51,504 nucleotides of DNA, taken from NCBI GenBank assembly GCA_025201805.1, contig MU619358.1, positions 46,032-97,535 of the forward strand. The letters run 5' to 3'. The notes beneath the pieces were generated by a model that worked only from the letters and a program-made list of their open reading frames with translations, ran no database searches and was not told the origin of the DNA. Shown here piece after piece: positions 36,192 through 48,517 of this stretch. The translations under genes and the position numbers were made by a program. Position 1 is the stretch's first letter. Every line of letters begins with the position of its first letter. The stretch is from Parasitella parasitica NRRL 2501. Taxonomy: Eukaryota; Fungi; Mucoromycota.

Positions 36192-39100
36192 TTATGATTT
36201 CAAATTATACGCTTCAGACACCCTCCTTGAATGTTTTCCAAAGCCATCATCTGATAATACGGGAGTGGTTGACGCTGCCTTGAGAGAATATACGAGCTGA
36301 ATCATTTGATCCTCGTCTTTATCCAAGTTCATGCCATGTTGCGAAGCATAGCTTTGATCAGCTCGTAAGATGGATCGAATTTGATTCTGACACTTGTCAA
36401 ACACTTGGGCATTATGCTTCGAATTGGATTTATCAGTGACAAATCTATACTTTTCAATCTCATGGCAAAGCGATGCAATGTCATCTAATTTCAAAATAAT
36501 GTTTTCGCTTTCGTGTGCGCCGGAAGACTATCGAAACAATTTTCTATTAGACATCCTATGATTCGTGGGCGGACAGCAGGAAACTTACTAAATCACCCAA
36601 TTCTTCATTCTTTCTGCTTGATACCATGACTAGATCCTCGTTGGTTGTCACACCTAATTCGAGCAATAGAATTTGAGCATCAGGAGAGAGCTTCGTCTTT
36701 GGATGCACAGCATCAATAAAGCCAATAGCCAAAAAGTTATCGACTGCATTCTGGCTGGCTTCGGTGGACAAGACTTCACGGTAGACTGTTCTTCTGCCAG
36801 TAATAAGATGGGCAGCTATCCACTGGGACAGAACGGGTACGATCTTGCGAGGCATGAATGGTAAATCGCGAAGTGCTGACAATGAGCATGATGTGATCCA
36901 GTAAGCATCTAGAGTTGGATATATGAACGAGGCGAGTAAACAAACTCTGGTATATTCAACTTCATTATTCTCAATGGTAACTGCCTTGGTATATTGCCCT
37001 TCTTCATTCACAACAAGCAAATTCTTTTTGACAAACCATTCCAAAAGGAGGTCAAATTTCTATGATACATGTACATGGTTCAGAGTTATATACAAAGCAA
37101 TAGCAAAATATGGACAATACCTCTTTTCTGCTCCAAGGATAGATGAACTCATGCTTGAACAAGCGAACCAAAAACGTGAATTGGGCGAAAAGGTCTTTTT
37201 TGGTGGTTTCCTTGACGCCTGAGAGATAGACTACAGCAAACAGAGCTTCAGGCAAGAAAATTTCAATCAGTTGACTAGCCATGAAGGAGAGATCCATGAC
37301 GTTATCTGCGTGCTCCACAACTCTGACGATGGTTTGATCGCTGATACGCTTGCCATCCATTGTGACATTGCTACGGGCATCTAAAAGATTCATAGAGTAG
37401 GCAACAATGGTAGATACATCTTCGTCAGCTTGCCAGTCAATATTGATGTACTTTTCCAAAAGCTCCTCACGCAGCCAAGAGACATGCTTGTTGATCTTCC
37501 CCATCGAAATACCTCCTGTAGCTCGTCCAAACAAAATTGTCGCAGCAACAAGGGTGACAGGACTTACCACAGCAGCCTCATGTTGGCCTCTCTGTACTTT
37601 GCGGGCAACATAATCTGCTACTGCGTCTTCATCCTTGACGGCCACAGTACTATAATGATATTGCATGAGTTTTTATATATATACGGCACCCGCCCCCGCC
37701 CCCGCCTCCGCCCCCGCCCCCTCAAGTGTCAATGCTGTACCTTAATCGTTTGTTGCTGTTTGTAGGCAAGCTAGCTTCCTTGACAGCCTGTCGAACATCA
37801 ATCACATCACCAAAACCAACAAAAGCACGGCCATATTTGCCTTTTTCAGCCACCCCGTTGTCTTTGGTAGCTGCTCTGTCAGCAACAGAAGCACTAGGAC
37901 GAAGAAAAGAAGATGTCACCGTTAAACTGCGAGGCTTCTGGTCCAAAACCTGGTCGATGAGAGCCCTCAATTCAGGAATCTTTTCGTAGGTAATGTTGAC
38001 TGGAACTAGAACAGTTTCTCTCTCTGTAGAGAGAGAGGAAAAGGACGCAGAAGGCGTGGGCAGTGGCGATAGCTGCTTGGGCATTTCCTCCTGTTGTTGG
38101 TTACGTCCCAAAGTGCCTTCAATAACCATGTTCATTAACCCATCGTGATATGCAGTCTGCAGTCTGCCAGTACGAGAACGAGCTCTTTCAATCACCATGG
38201 ATAATGCTCCGTGCTCTTTCAAGAGAACTTCTGTATAAGCAGCGGCAACAGCAGTATTCAGAGGAGAGCGAGAAGTAAGATCTCGGCGGACAAAGTAAGC
38301 GCCTGAAATTCTTAAAATATCAGAGATGGGGCCAAGCAAAGCAAGAGCTAGAGAGTAGAATAGAATGGGATTAAAACTAGGGCAAATTGCTTCATGAAAA
38401 AAAAAAAAAAAACCAACATACCCTCATCACAGACAATAGCAGGTACAGGCAGATGGTATCTCAGGCAGATGTACCACACTAGCAGTTGATCTATGATAGT
38501 CTTTGATACAGGAACGTAAACCACATTCTTGTCTTGAATTTGTTCCTTCAGCCGTGCAATATCTAGTTCATTGACACGCAAACTGGCAAAGAGACGTTTA
38601 AACAAGGCATTAAGAAAAGCGCCGGCAGACCAAATATAAGGGAGTTGTGTTCTTTCCTTCATTCTCTGAAGGATCTTTAAGGACTCACCCACCACAGTAT
38701 TCTGCGGCACTCCTGAAGTCTCAATAATCTAGTTTTTTATATGAGTTTTTTTTTCTTTCTTTCTGCAAGCTGAATGTATGTTCTCTCAGTTTACCTGTCG
38801 AATACTTTGGCCCACTCTTCTATCGTTGAGGACCTCGATCCTAATATGCTCCTCATGGGATTCAGACTGCTTAGCCCAGTGGCCCAGGTTGACCATATTG
38901 TCCTTGTTCTTTAAGATGTCTGAATCATCATGACACCAGTCATCAAGGCTGGCATCAAAGTCATTCACCCATTCTTCCATCTTTTTCTTGTCTTTGAGCT
39001 CCTGCCCTGGCTTTTCTAGAGACAGCACGAGCTCGTTCAACATGCGCTCTGTTCTTTTTTGGATATCAGACGCGCTAAATACAACAGATTCGATCTGTCT

Positions 39101-40709
39101 GTCGATGATCGAGTGCTGTGCTGCTCCAGGATGCAAATAAAGGGAGCAGGCCCATCCCTCAGGCACAGTGATGTTCCTCAGCTCCAAAGGTGGCGAGGGT
39201 GTGATGTAAGCATGCACACCAAATGCAAAATTGTTCATATATGTGTCCCAGTTCATGTGCTTGAAACGACTCAGGTTGAACTGTGCGTCATTGAGCATAT
39301 CTTGGTCCATCTGTTGTACATTCTGATGATCAAAGACCCAGGAATGACGCAGAAATGGCTGCAAGGACTCGACCACTCGAGAAGCAAGCTCGATTGTTCG
39401 ATTCAACAAGTTAGCATCAGATGCTGCACCAGCTTTCCCACCTATACCACTGCCGTTGCTGATAGCATTGGTCACCGAAGAGAGCGACTGCGGTAAGCTG
39501 TACTTCATGAAAAATTTGGCCTTGAACAAGGATCGATTCGCAACAAAATATTCCTGAGCAGTAGGTAATACTTGTTTGGTATTGCGTAGCCAGTACGAAC
39601 GCACCCCATCATATGCTCTACGCCAAGTTGTTTCATCAAACCCAGATGCTGATACTTGGTAGATATACGGGAAATACTGCATATTGGGCACAATAATGCT
39701 GTTTGCACTGTCACCGTCTGCCAACACCTCGTTGTAGGGCAACAAAAAGCGATAGCCAGGCTGTGTCATGAATGCCGCGCTCCCAAGTACTGTTCTGACG
39801 AGATAATCCACTGGCACAATGTCGGCTACCAATCCACCCATGTCAGGCTGCAATACCTGAATACCTTTCCCCATTAGAAATACTGCCGCATTAGCACCTG
39901 TGACACCATCCACCTACTCAGTAGACAGCAGACAACTGTTAGCTTACCCAGCCAGGGAGTGGCTCGAAAGCGCCAGCGCCCACTTGGGTTGCTCTAACAA
40001 TGGCAACTGGCCACTGCGTTTTCCCGCCCTGCGCTTCCTCAATGCGATTCAAATCAACACGTTTCATGATCAAGTGCTCAGTGAGAGATTTTGTGAATGT
40101 GTAAGTGTTTGGATAGTGCACCAAAATACGTTGAGTCATCTTTGGTATGTCTTGAAGCTCCAGATCAACTATTTCAGTTAATAATTCTTCAGGATCGCCC
40201 ACCTGCATTGGATAGACTCGTTCCTGAATATGGCCATTAGGCAAATTGGGATCGGTGTACGCCAATGACATGTGAATAAACGCCTCTATTACGATAGTGT
40301 GTGTTGAGTATTCGCTGATTTTCCGGCTCCTTTAACGCCTCTATTTACCCATGTGTTTACATTCGTCTGCCAGATCCATCATTCTAAGCGTACCCAAGGT
40401 ATTTGTCTAGGCAAAGGAATAAGCACGCCATCGCAAACACGCCACGGCTGTATATGTAATTGTCTCACCTCTAAAGCTAGATCCAATCTTTCACTATAAT
40501 TCAGTGTGGCTGCGCAATGTATCACAACATTTACATTTTCAGTAATCTTTTCTCTATCCTGTTCAGACATGGATAAATCTGGCGAGATGATATCACCAGA
40601 AATGGGAATGATTTTATTCTTGACGATAGAGTCAAATGTTGCTTTTCCCATCATACGTCGAAGGATCAAGAATGCCTGCATAAAGGAGGTTAAAAAATGA
40701 CCATGCCGT

Positions 40710-40744
<35 letters not shown>

Positions 40745-41353
40745 CTGCATCTCTCAAGTTACCTTGTTGTTAAATACTTCATTTCGTAGCCTCTCTGATG
40801 GTCTGCCAATTTTGCTGCGTTTGATGCTGCCACTGCGGACCAAAATGTAGATGTGCCCCAAATCCTGCCTCAAGGCCTGAATCAACTTCCACAAGATGGC
40901 CTTTCCAACAAAACCAGTTACACCTGTCATTAAAATATTCTTGTTTCGATAGAAATCGATGACTGGGCCTTGGAAATAGGATTCGTCCATGGGCGTTGGC
41001 TTTGTGTCGTCATTGTGCAAGGACTCTGGTGTGAGAGTAGAATGTGATGAGGTGGTGGATGTTTCATCAGGTATGTTGCTTTCGGATATGATGGAGGCAT
41101 CTGTTGGCAGCGGCGTTTGTGGTTCATCCAGTATCAATTCATCACCGTTTATAGCTGATTCAGGAGCTTCCGGCTCATTGTTGATAGTGATTTGGGGCGG
41201 TGAAGGTGGGCTCGGTGCCTCTGGAGCTTCATTAATGTCGTTTTTCTCTTCAGGAACCGCAGTTTCTTGGCTTGTTGTCAAAGCTGGCTTAGCAGCTTCA
41301 ATTTGCTCTTGTTTTTGTTGCTGTGGGCTTTCTTCTTGCTTGATTTCCGACAT
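36192..41353 (-). CDS. Fatty acyl-CoA reductase fused to a GNPAT/GPAT-like acyltransferase domain (FARAT-like), multi-exon
   Basis: FAR: TGVTGFVGK, GDIISPDL, VIHCAAT, YPNTYTFTKSLTE, AFEPLPGW, DIVPVD, sterile-domain NWDTYMNNF. Acyltransferase: VYVPVSKTIID, GAYFVRR, IERARSRTG, LVPVNITYEK, VVSPVTLVAATIL. Only intron-sized GT-AG gaps separate the segments. Confidence 0.85.
37687..37722 (-). repeat. (GGGGCG)~5 G-rich microsatellite in an intron of the FAR-acyltransferase gene
   Basis: The plus strand reads cccgcccccgcccccgcctccgcccccgccccc, inside intron ~37650-37740. Confidence 0.85.
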
Positions 41354-41603
41354 TTCAAGGCTGTAAAATGTTGGTTTGAAAGAGTTTTAAACTAGAAAAC
41401 GACCTGAATTGGTACCTTGAATGTGTATCTAAACTGGACTATAGACGAAAGAAGAAGGTTAGGATATTTAAAAGACTAGCCTCAGCCCACATTGCTTATT
41501 TATATGGTACAACGGAACTTTAATAGATTGTTTGTGCTAAGGGAAGTTTTTTTTTATTTTATTTTTTTGGTCGTTTTTCATCATTGCTTATATCAAAACA
41601 ACC

Positions 41604-42523
41604 ATGCCAGACGTTACAGAGACTAAAGATGTGAGTAAATTCAGCGTAGGGCTTATGTAGAGTTTATTCTAACAACAAGTATCGCAGACTAGTGCTGCTG
41701 CCGCTACTGTGAATTCCAACAACACATCAACAAATGATACAGCCCCAACATCTACTACTACTAAAGCTACAACAACTGCCTCCAACACCACGCCTACCAC
41801 CACTGCTACTGCTACCGCTACTGCCACTACCAATGCCACCAACACTGCCACTACCACTACCACTGCCACTAACACTGCCGCTAACACTGTCACTAACACT
41901 GCCACTGCCACCAATAATAATAAAAATACCACGACACCAAGTACGGAAACGCCAGCTGTGGAGCCACCTCAAGTAACTCGTCAAAAGTACGAAGAAGCCA
42001 AGCTCGAACTACAAGCACTGTTAGCAAGAAAGAAACAGGTGGATACAAATCTGGTAATTGAGGATTCAATCATATATTGGATCCCTGCGAGCTGCTAACT
42101 TTCGCTGGTAATAGATCAACTTGGAAAACGCCATCTATTTGTTCGAGGGATCTTATTTAGAAGATACGCAACAGAATGGCAACATCATCCGTGGTTTTGA
42201 TGGCTACTTGACCAATAGACCTGATCGAAGGAAGCCAAAATTCACTGAATTAGACAGGCTCTTTTCGTTGTCATCATCTACATATCAAAAAGTACGTTGA
42301 CAGTATACCGGCAAGTGCCAAAGTTCTAACTTTTAAGCTTGGTTTATTATAGGCTCTGGCACAAAAGGAGGAGAAAGATCAAGATTCTAGTCAAGATGAT
42401 AGATCCGCTTCGAGTTCATTAGCAGCCAGGAGGGAAAAGAAGCGTAGACTTAAAGCACATGAAGGAATAAGGAAGAAAAAGAGCTCTGCAGGCAGAGATA
42501 CAGAGGATGAGCTAGATGTTTGA
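41604..42523 (+). CDS. EAF6: NuA4 histone acetyltransferase subunit Eaf6, with a Thr/Ala/Asn-rich N-terminal extension, multi-exon
   Basis: [48 protein letters not shown]...[10 protein letters not shown]. Confidence 0.93.
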
Positions 42524-42953
42524 TTTGAATTGAAAATAAAAACTTTGGCATCATGCAAAAAAAAAAAATGGACGTCAATCGTCTCAACGACTCAAACTCT
42601 GTTTTACCTTCGCTCAAGCTAAACACCCTTCTTTAATTCGATCACCAACAAATGCTCAAGTTTTAAAGGGAATAATCGGCTGAATTTACTTTGTAGACAA
42701 TACTAAAGGTTGAGCGCGACACTAAAATTACACAAAGTCGCAATCAACTTGTTGCAATCAAAGAATCAAAGTCTCCATCCAGAAAATATCGATAGAGGAG
42801 AACATCCAGATTTTTAATCTCCCCATAGTCGTCTCTCTTTCGTTTGTCATAATGATTCCCACAGTTGCATTAAGATCTCCTAAACTAGTAGACAAAGTGT
42901 TGAAGGTACAGACAAAGTTGAAAAGAGAAAAGCAAAGCAGATGCACTGATCTA

Positions 42954-43567
42954 ATGAGTTTCCTAAAGAGTTTTATGGCTGCAGGAGGGTACGATTCACT
43001 TGTATTGCCAGGGGTAATGTTCTGAGTGCCGTGTTTACAACCGTAATTTAACAGCAACAGCCTATATTTTAGCTCAAAGTAATCCACAGCGAAGATGGCC
43101 GAGTTTCCGCTGAATTTCGTGTTGAAAAGCAACATTTGGTAAAGATATAGTTGGACATCTTGCAAAAACTTCAAGAATTTTAATGTGATCATGTTTGAAT
43201 GTATAGAATAGACTCGAGTCTGTTCATGGTGGGTTGCTGGCAACAGTCGTAGACGTTGGAGGCTCTCTGGCTATAGCCTCAAAGGGCCTCTTTGCAACTG
43301 GCGTTAGCACAGACATTAATATCAGCTACATTTCGGGCGTTAAGCAAGGAGAAACTATCACTGTAGATGCACGAGTTGACAAATTGGGTAAAACTTTGGC
43401 CTTTACCACTGTAGAAATGTCGAGCAAAGGCCGTTTGGGTAATTACATGGTGAACTCGTTTATTTTGATTACAGCGTGCTAATTCATTGAGTGCAGTTGC
43501 ATTGGGTAGACATAATAAATTCGTCGCGCAGGCTTACAACCACCCAGATAACCTGATTAAAAAATAA
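42954..43567 (+). CDS. PaaI/hotdog-fold acyl-CoA thioesterase (ACOT13/THEM2-like), multi-exon
   Basis: Spliced HL/NRLESVHGGLLATVVDVGGSLA...GVSTDINISY...KLGKTLAFTTV.../VALGRHNKF. The start codon is uncertain. Confidence 0.85.
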
Positions 43568-43696
43568 AATATTCGAGAAACGAGTAACTTTGGCAACCGA
43601 GCCATCACTATATCATTTTTGTTATTGAGGCTAAAAGGTGCCCAGACCTTGTTTAGCACTGAAATCTAATGGTTTCACAAATAATAATGTGTAGTT

Positions 43697-43727
<31 letters not shown>

Positions 43728-43989
43728 NNNNNNNNNNNNNNNNNNNNNNNNNNNNNNNNNNNNNNNNNNNNNNNNNNNNNNNNNNNNNNNNNNNNNNNNN
43801 NNNNNNNNNNNNNNNNNNNNNNNNNNNNNNNNNNNNNNNNNNNNNNNNNNNNNNNNNNNNNNNNNNNNNNNNNNNNNNNNNNNNNNNNNNNNNNNNNNNN
43901 NNNAAAAAAAAAAAAAAAAAAATAGAAACTGAATCAAGGGCACAATGCTATGCGTTAGCTCCTTCTTTTTTTATATAACAAATCACAAA

Positions 43990-44902
43990 ATGTCTTCTAA
44001 TATTTTCAATACCTACAATTCGACAAATCAACATAAAAAATGCAGATACGAATGTGCGGAAAATCTTCAATGTCAATTGCATTCGCAAAATAAATCCGAA
44101 CATCAAGTTGATGTTTCTCAGGTAAAAAGTGCAGCTACATTTTATTTTATTTTTTTCAGGGCATTAATTCCAAATGTTACAGCATTTAAGGTCGCTTAAA
44201 GCTAGACTTGGGTTTGCACGTTTTAAATTAAATCAAGGCTGGGAAAAGTCAACCATTTTTGATGTAGAGCAATTGTGGAGACAAAAGCAAAAAAGGAACA
44301 TCCACAATCTACCCAGGCCAAGGTTCACTCAGAGAGAAATTATTGATAAAAGAATGTATATACCATCTCCTGGTGCAAGACAAGCAAGGGCTAAACGAGA
44401 TGGTCTTGTGCGAACTTTGTCTAATCCAACGGATTGGCCAGAATGCTCGTCAGTACCAAAAAAGAGCCAGAAACAGCTGTATTTTCACCATTATTATCAA
44501 CCCAAAGCTATTGACAATGCAGAATTCGAAATACCATCCTCTAATCAAAGATACGATTCTTCTATCGAAGAGGGCTCCTCAGCAACAGATGATGAAAAGA
44601 TACCTCAGGTTAGAAACTCGTTAGATTATCTGTCTTATGCAATTGCAATGACAGAGAAAAAAGGGAGCAATGATAACAGCAGCAACTCTTTCATGTTTTC
44701 GTCTCTGCCTTTACCCGACATTAGCGAATTAGAGCCCAATCTCATTGACAATGACAAGGAACAAGTAGAAGACCTATCAATAACCAACAAAATTAGCCCT
44801 CCTTTATCTCCTACAACCTCGGCTGCTAATGCTATCATGATGTTTGTAAATAATTGTAACACCTCGTCAGGATTTGATTCAGCAGAAGACCAGCGCAAAT
44901 AA
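43990..44902 (+). CDS. Whi5/Nrm1-like G1/S repressor-motif protein
   Basis: SLKARLGFARFKLNQGWEKSTIFDVEQLW resembles the Whi5/GTB motif. The remainder is disordered with SP sites. One intron at ~44122-44182. Confidence 0.65.
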
Positions 44903-45050
44903 TAAACGTTATCATGGGGGTTTTTTTTATTAGGCACCTTAAACACATTTATTTTGATTTCGGTTGGTTTGAGGTGTGGTTTTTGGTCCTGCAAGTACAA
45001 TACATGGCAGCAAAAGCGCAAATAATATTATTGTTTGGAATATATGAAAA

Positions 45051-48000
45051 TTAAAATGCACCTTCAGGGAATGGTCCATATTGAGCAATATCATCTTTCT
45101 TTTCACCTCCAACCTCATAAGATATACGTAAGCGAAGTTTGACAGTTGTCTATGAATTTGAAGATGAATAAATTTAAAATGAATTCACGCTATTACACCA
45201 TTTACCTGTTGTGGATTATTAATCTTCATCGGTTGTTTTTCGGTGGTGTTTGGCTGGACTGTGTGGCCGCTAGCAGCCATCATCTGTAGTTGTTGACTCT
45301 TTGGTACGGCGGCTTGGAATTGCAGGTTGTTAATTACGCCGCTAGATCCATTATTTGAAAATAAGACTTGAATATTGATAATAGCAGGGTTGGATCGGTC
45401 TCTTGAAGGCAAAAGTCGAATAGTTAGACCGTTTTTTGTGTACGCTTCGTATCCGCCTGCAGCTTGATTTGATTGTATGGGTGTGCCTGGAGACCCCACA
45501 GAGGATGAGAGGGGACTTGATGGTTGCGCCTGTCCTAATCCGGCAAAAGAATCCAAGCCGTAATTTATTGAAGGTGACGATGCAGGTTGAGGCGATGCCG
45601 ATGTCTCTCCACCCAAAAGATCCATAAGACTACTTGATGTAGCTGGAGCAGGAGAGGATGAAGTGTGTTGAGATGAACCTCCTCCAAATAAATCTGCTAA
45701 AAGATCGACATTGGACGCCTTTGGTTGTGCGGGTGATGATGTAGCGGCGGGAGGTTGAGAAACCACGTCTGCCTGCTCAGCCATCCCTCCTCCTCCTCCT
45801 CCGCTAGTACCAACTCCCATAAGATCCAGTAATAAATCTTGGTCGCTGGGGCCAGCTCTAGCACCTGAAGAGGAAACATGGCCAACACTGGGACTATCAG
45901 TAGAAGCACTATGATTAATAATAGCACGGGATTCTGGCACAGGCATACGTTCGAGTACAGCAGGACGAATGGAATCATAAGAAAAGAGATTGGTATACTC
46001 GACAGCACGTTGTTGAATTTCAACTTCCATACTGACAGTGTGTTCGTTTAGTAATTCTTTGATTTTAGCTTGAGCGCTGCTATCGGAAAGGCGGGATGAG
46101 AGCTTCATAAGGGCTGTCATGACATACTCGCGCGTAACTTGGTTTGCATAAGGGCCCAGCAAAATTGACTCTAGTAATTTGACAACCAGGAAATCGGATA
46201 CTTCGATGACAGCGCCCTCTTCCTCTTCAAAGTTGCCATTCCCTACCAAAACATCACCGTATTCACCAATGACCCAAACACTTGCCAAAACTAGACCTTC
46301 CTATAAAAGATGCANNNNNNNNNNAAAAAAAAAAAAAAAAAAAAAAGTTCCCTGTACACAGTGTTTGTTCGTACCTGAGAGATATCCTGCTTGAGTGCTG
46401 CATATAACTTTTGAACGGTATATTGATGCAAATCAGAAGTTTGAGCAACAAGACGGATGAATCCCGCGAGTACTTCCTCACGCACAAAACTACCAGCTAA
46501 TTTCAGCATACGTAACATAGTATCAATATGCCATCTTTGATTAGGTGCAAATCTTTCGGCTGCAAGTGAGATCTTTGTAGTCATGCCTTGTTTGAACTCT
46601 GAATCGGCAACTTCCAAAAATGCGAGCAGTTCTCTGGTAAGAACTCGAACGTTTCCTTCGTTAATCAATGCAAAACTCAATTCCAATGCACGGCGACGAA
46701 TCGAGATATCGCCATCACGGAGACAATCCAGAATAATGTTGCGATGTCTTTGAACAGCCTGCGTCTCAATCCCAACCGTCTTGTTTAAGGTTTCTAATGC
46801 AACATATCTAGATCTAATGTTAGAAGACGTACGCCGAATTGATCCATTTGGTGTTGAAAATACCTAATATTGTTATCTCTATTGCTCAAGAACTTTCCGA
46901 GGATGTTGATAGCCAAAACACGCAAACCTGCTTCACTTTGAATGTCCATGATGGTCAACACAGTCTCGTAAAGGATAGAATTGCCCACATTTTTGTTATT
47001 TTCGGTATTTGTGGCTACCTGGGCGAGGATGTCGTTCATGGCTTCGGATGCATCACGGTCATTCTTAGCAAGTATACGCAAAAGACGCAGGATTTTCACT
47101 TGCAGGAAAGGATCCGTAACTCCGGTAACATCATGTTCAGGGGAAAATCCAGCGCTGGCAAGATTTTTGAGATGTCTTACCAAGAGAGGCACAGCCTATT
47201 AATTTGAATGTTGATTAACAAAAATGTAAAAAAAAAAAAATGTGTAGTAGAGTCGTAACCTTTCTGAAAATATTACTATTTTCAGGATATTGTTGACACA
47301 TCTCGGTGACCAGTGTAATGCCAGTGATCAAAACACCATGGCTGGAATCATTCAGCAGTGATTTCGATCTAGAAATAAAGTTTTCGTGCAATTCGGGCAC
47401 TCGACGAATGATTCTTAAGGCACACAGAGCAGCCTTTTTGCAGATATATGTGTTGGAACTGCGCATCAGCTTTTCAACTTCAGAGCATAAATCGCGAGCC
47501 ATTTCAGACGATGAAATGTTACCCATAGTGCAGAGGGCCAACCCGACGACAAACATGTTGCTGTGGTTCAAATCACTAAATGACACTTAGATTAGCTATC
47601 GTTGACATTCAATTAACAGTTTGCCACATTCATACTTTTTCAAACTGTTAGTAACAAGAGTGAGCACCTCTGTCTTTTCATCAATTAAAAGCATGATGCC
47701 TAAATAACCTAATCGTTTGTCGGCATACTTAGGGCTGGCAACTAATTTCAGACATTCCATCTGACCGAAATGAGCAGGATATCCGAGCATATGGATATAC
47801 AGTAGCTTTGCTACATTGGTATGACGCGTATCAGGATTTTCGTTCTTGAACGCAGTTCTGATATTGGCGCTTTCTTTCTGAATAACTGCTCTCTCTTCTG
47901 CTGCTGTTTTGCAAGCTCGAACCGCTCGAATAAGATCTGAATCCATAATGATTTAGTCAACATCTACCGTTGTCTTGAGCCATATTATTCTGCTTACCCT

Positions 48001-48064
48001 TTAATCGGAATAGAGGAAGCTTTGCAAGAATCTCTTGCGAGATTTTGTTAATTTGGTTCATCAT
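45051..48064 (-). CDS. APL4: AP-1 complex gamma adaptin, multi-exon
   Basis: [79 protein letters not shown], hinge DLLLDL/DLL motifs and ear-domain FQAAVPKS. Confidence 0.96.
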
Positions 48065-48517
48065 TTTGCGCGAGTTTCTTTCTTCTGAATTACAAATAAA
48101 GTTTTTGTTGGTAATTAGTTTCTACTGTGGATAGAACTAAAGGATGTTTGTTATTCTACCCCTTTTCTTAATTTCAAATTTTTTAGAGGCAAAAGAAAAA
48201 GAAAGAGATGAAACGAAGATTGGTTGGGAAAACTTGCGAATTATCAAGTGTTCAGGTTGATTTGTGTAAGCTCGCGACGTCACGAAGGTCTTCTTTGAAC
48301 ATCAGATTGCTAGGCTTTTTTACCTTCAACAGGAGCTGGTTACATTGGCCTCGTCCTGTATACGGCTTGCTTAATGCAAAAGCTCCGGTGCAGCCATAGT
48401 GTCATTTACCCAGGTTCGATCATTTTCAATAATAGAAAATAGCATGGAAATACGTTTGAAAACAAGGTATATCATTGAAAATCTGGCAGAGCATTGTATA
48501 CACAACACTCCAAACCT

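Noticed and set aside
42758-43243. 161-aa minus-strand ORF
   Set aside because: Antisense to the spliced thioesterase and crosses its introns. No recognisable features.
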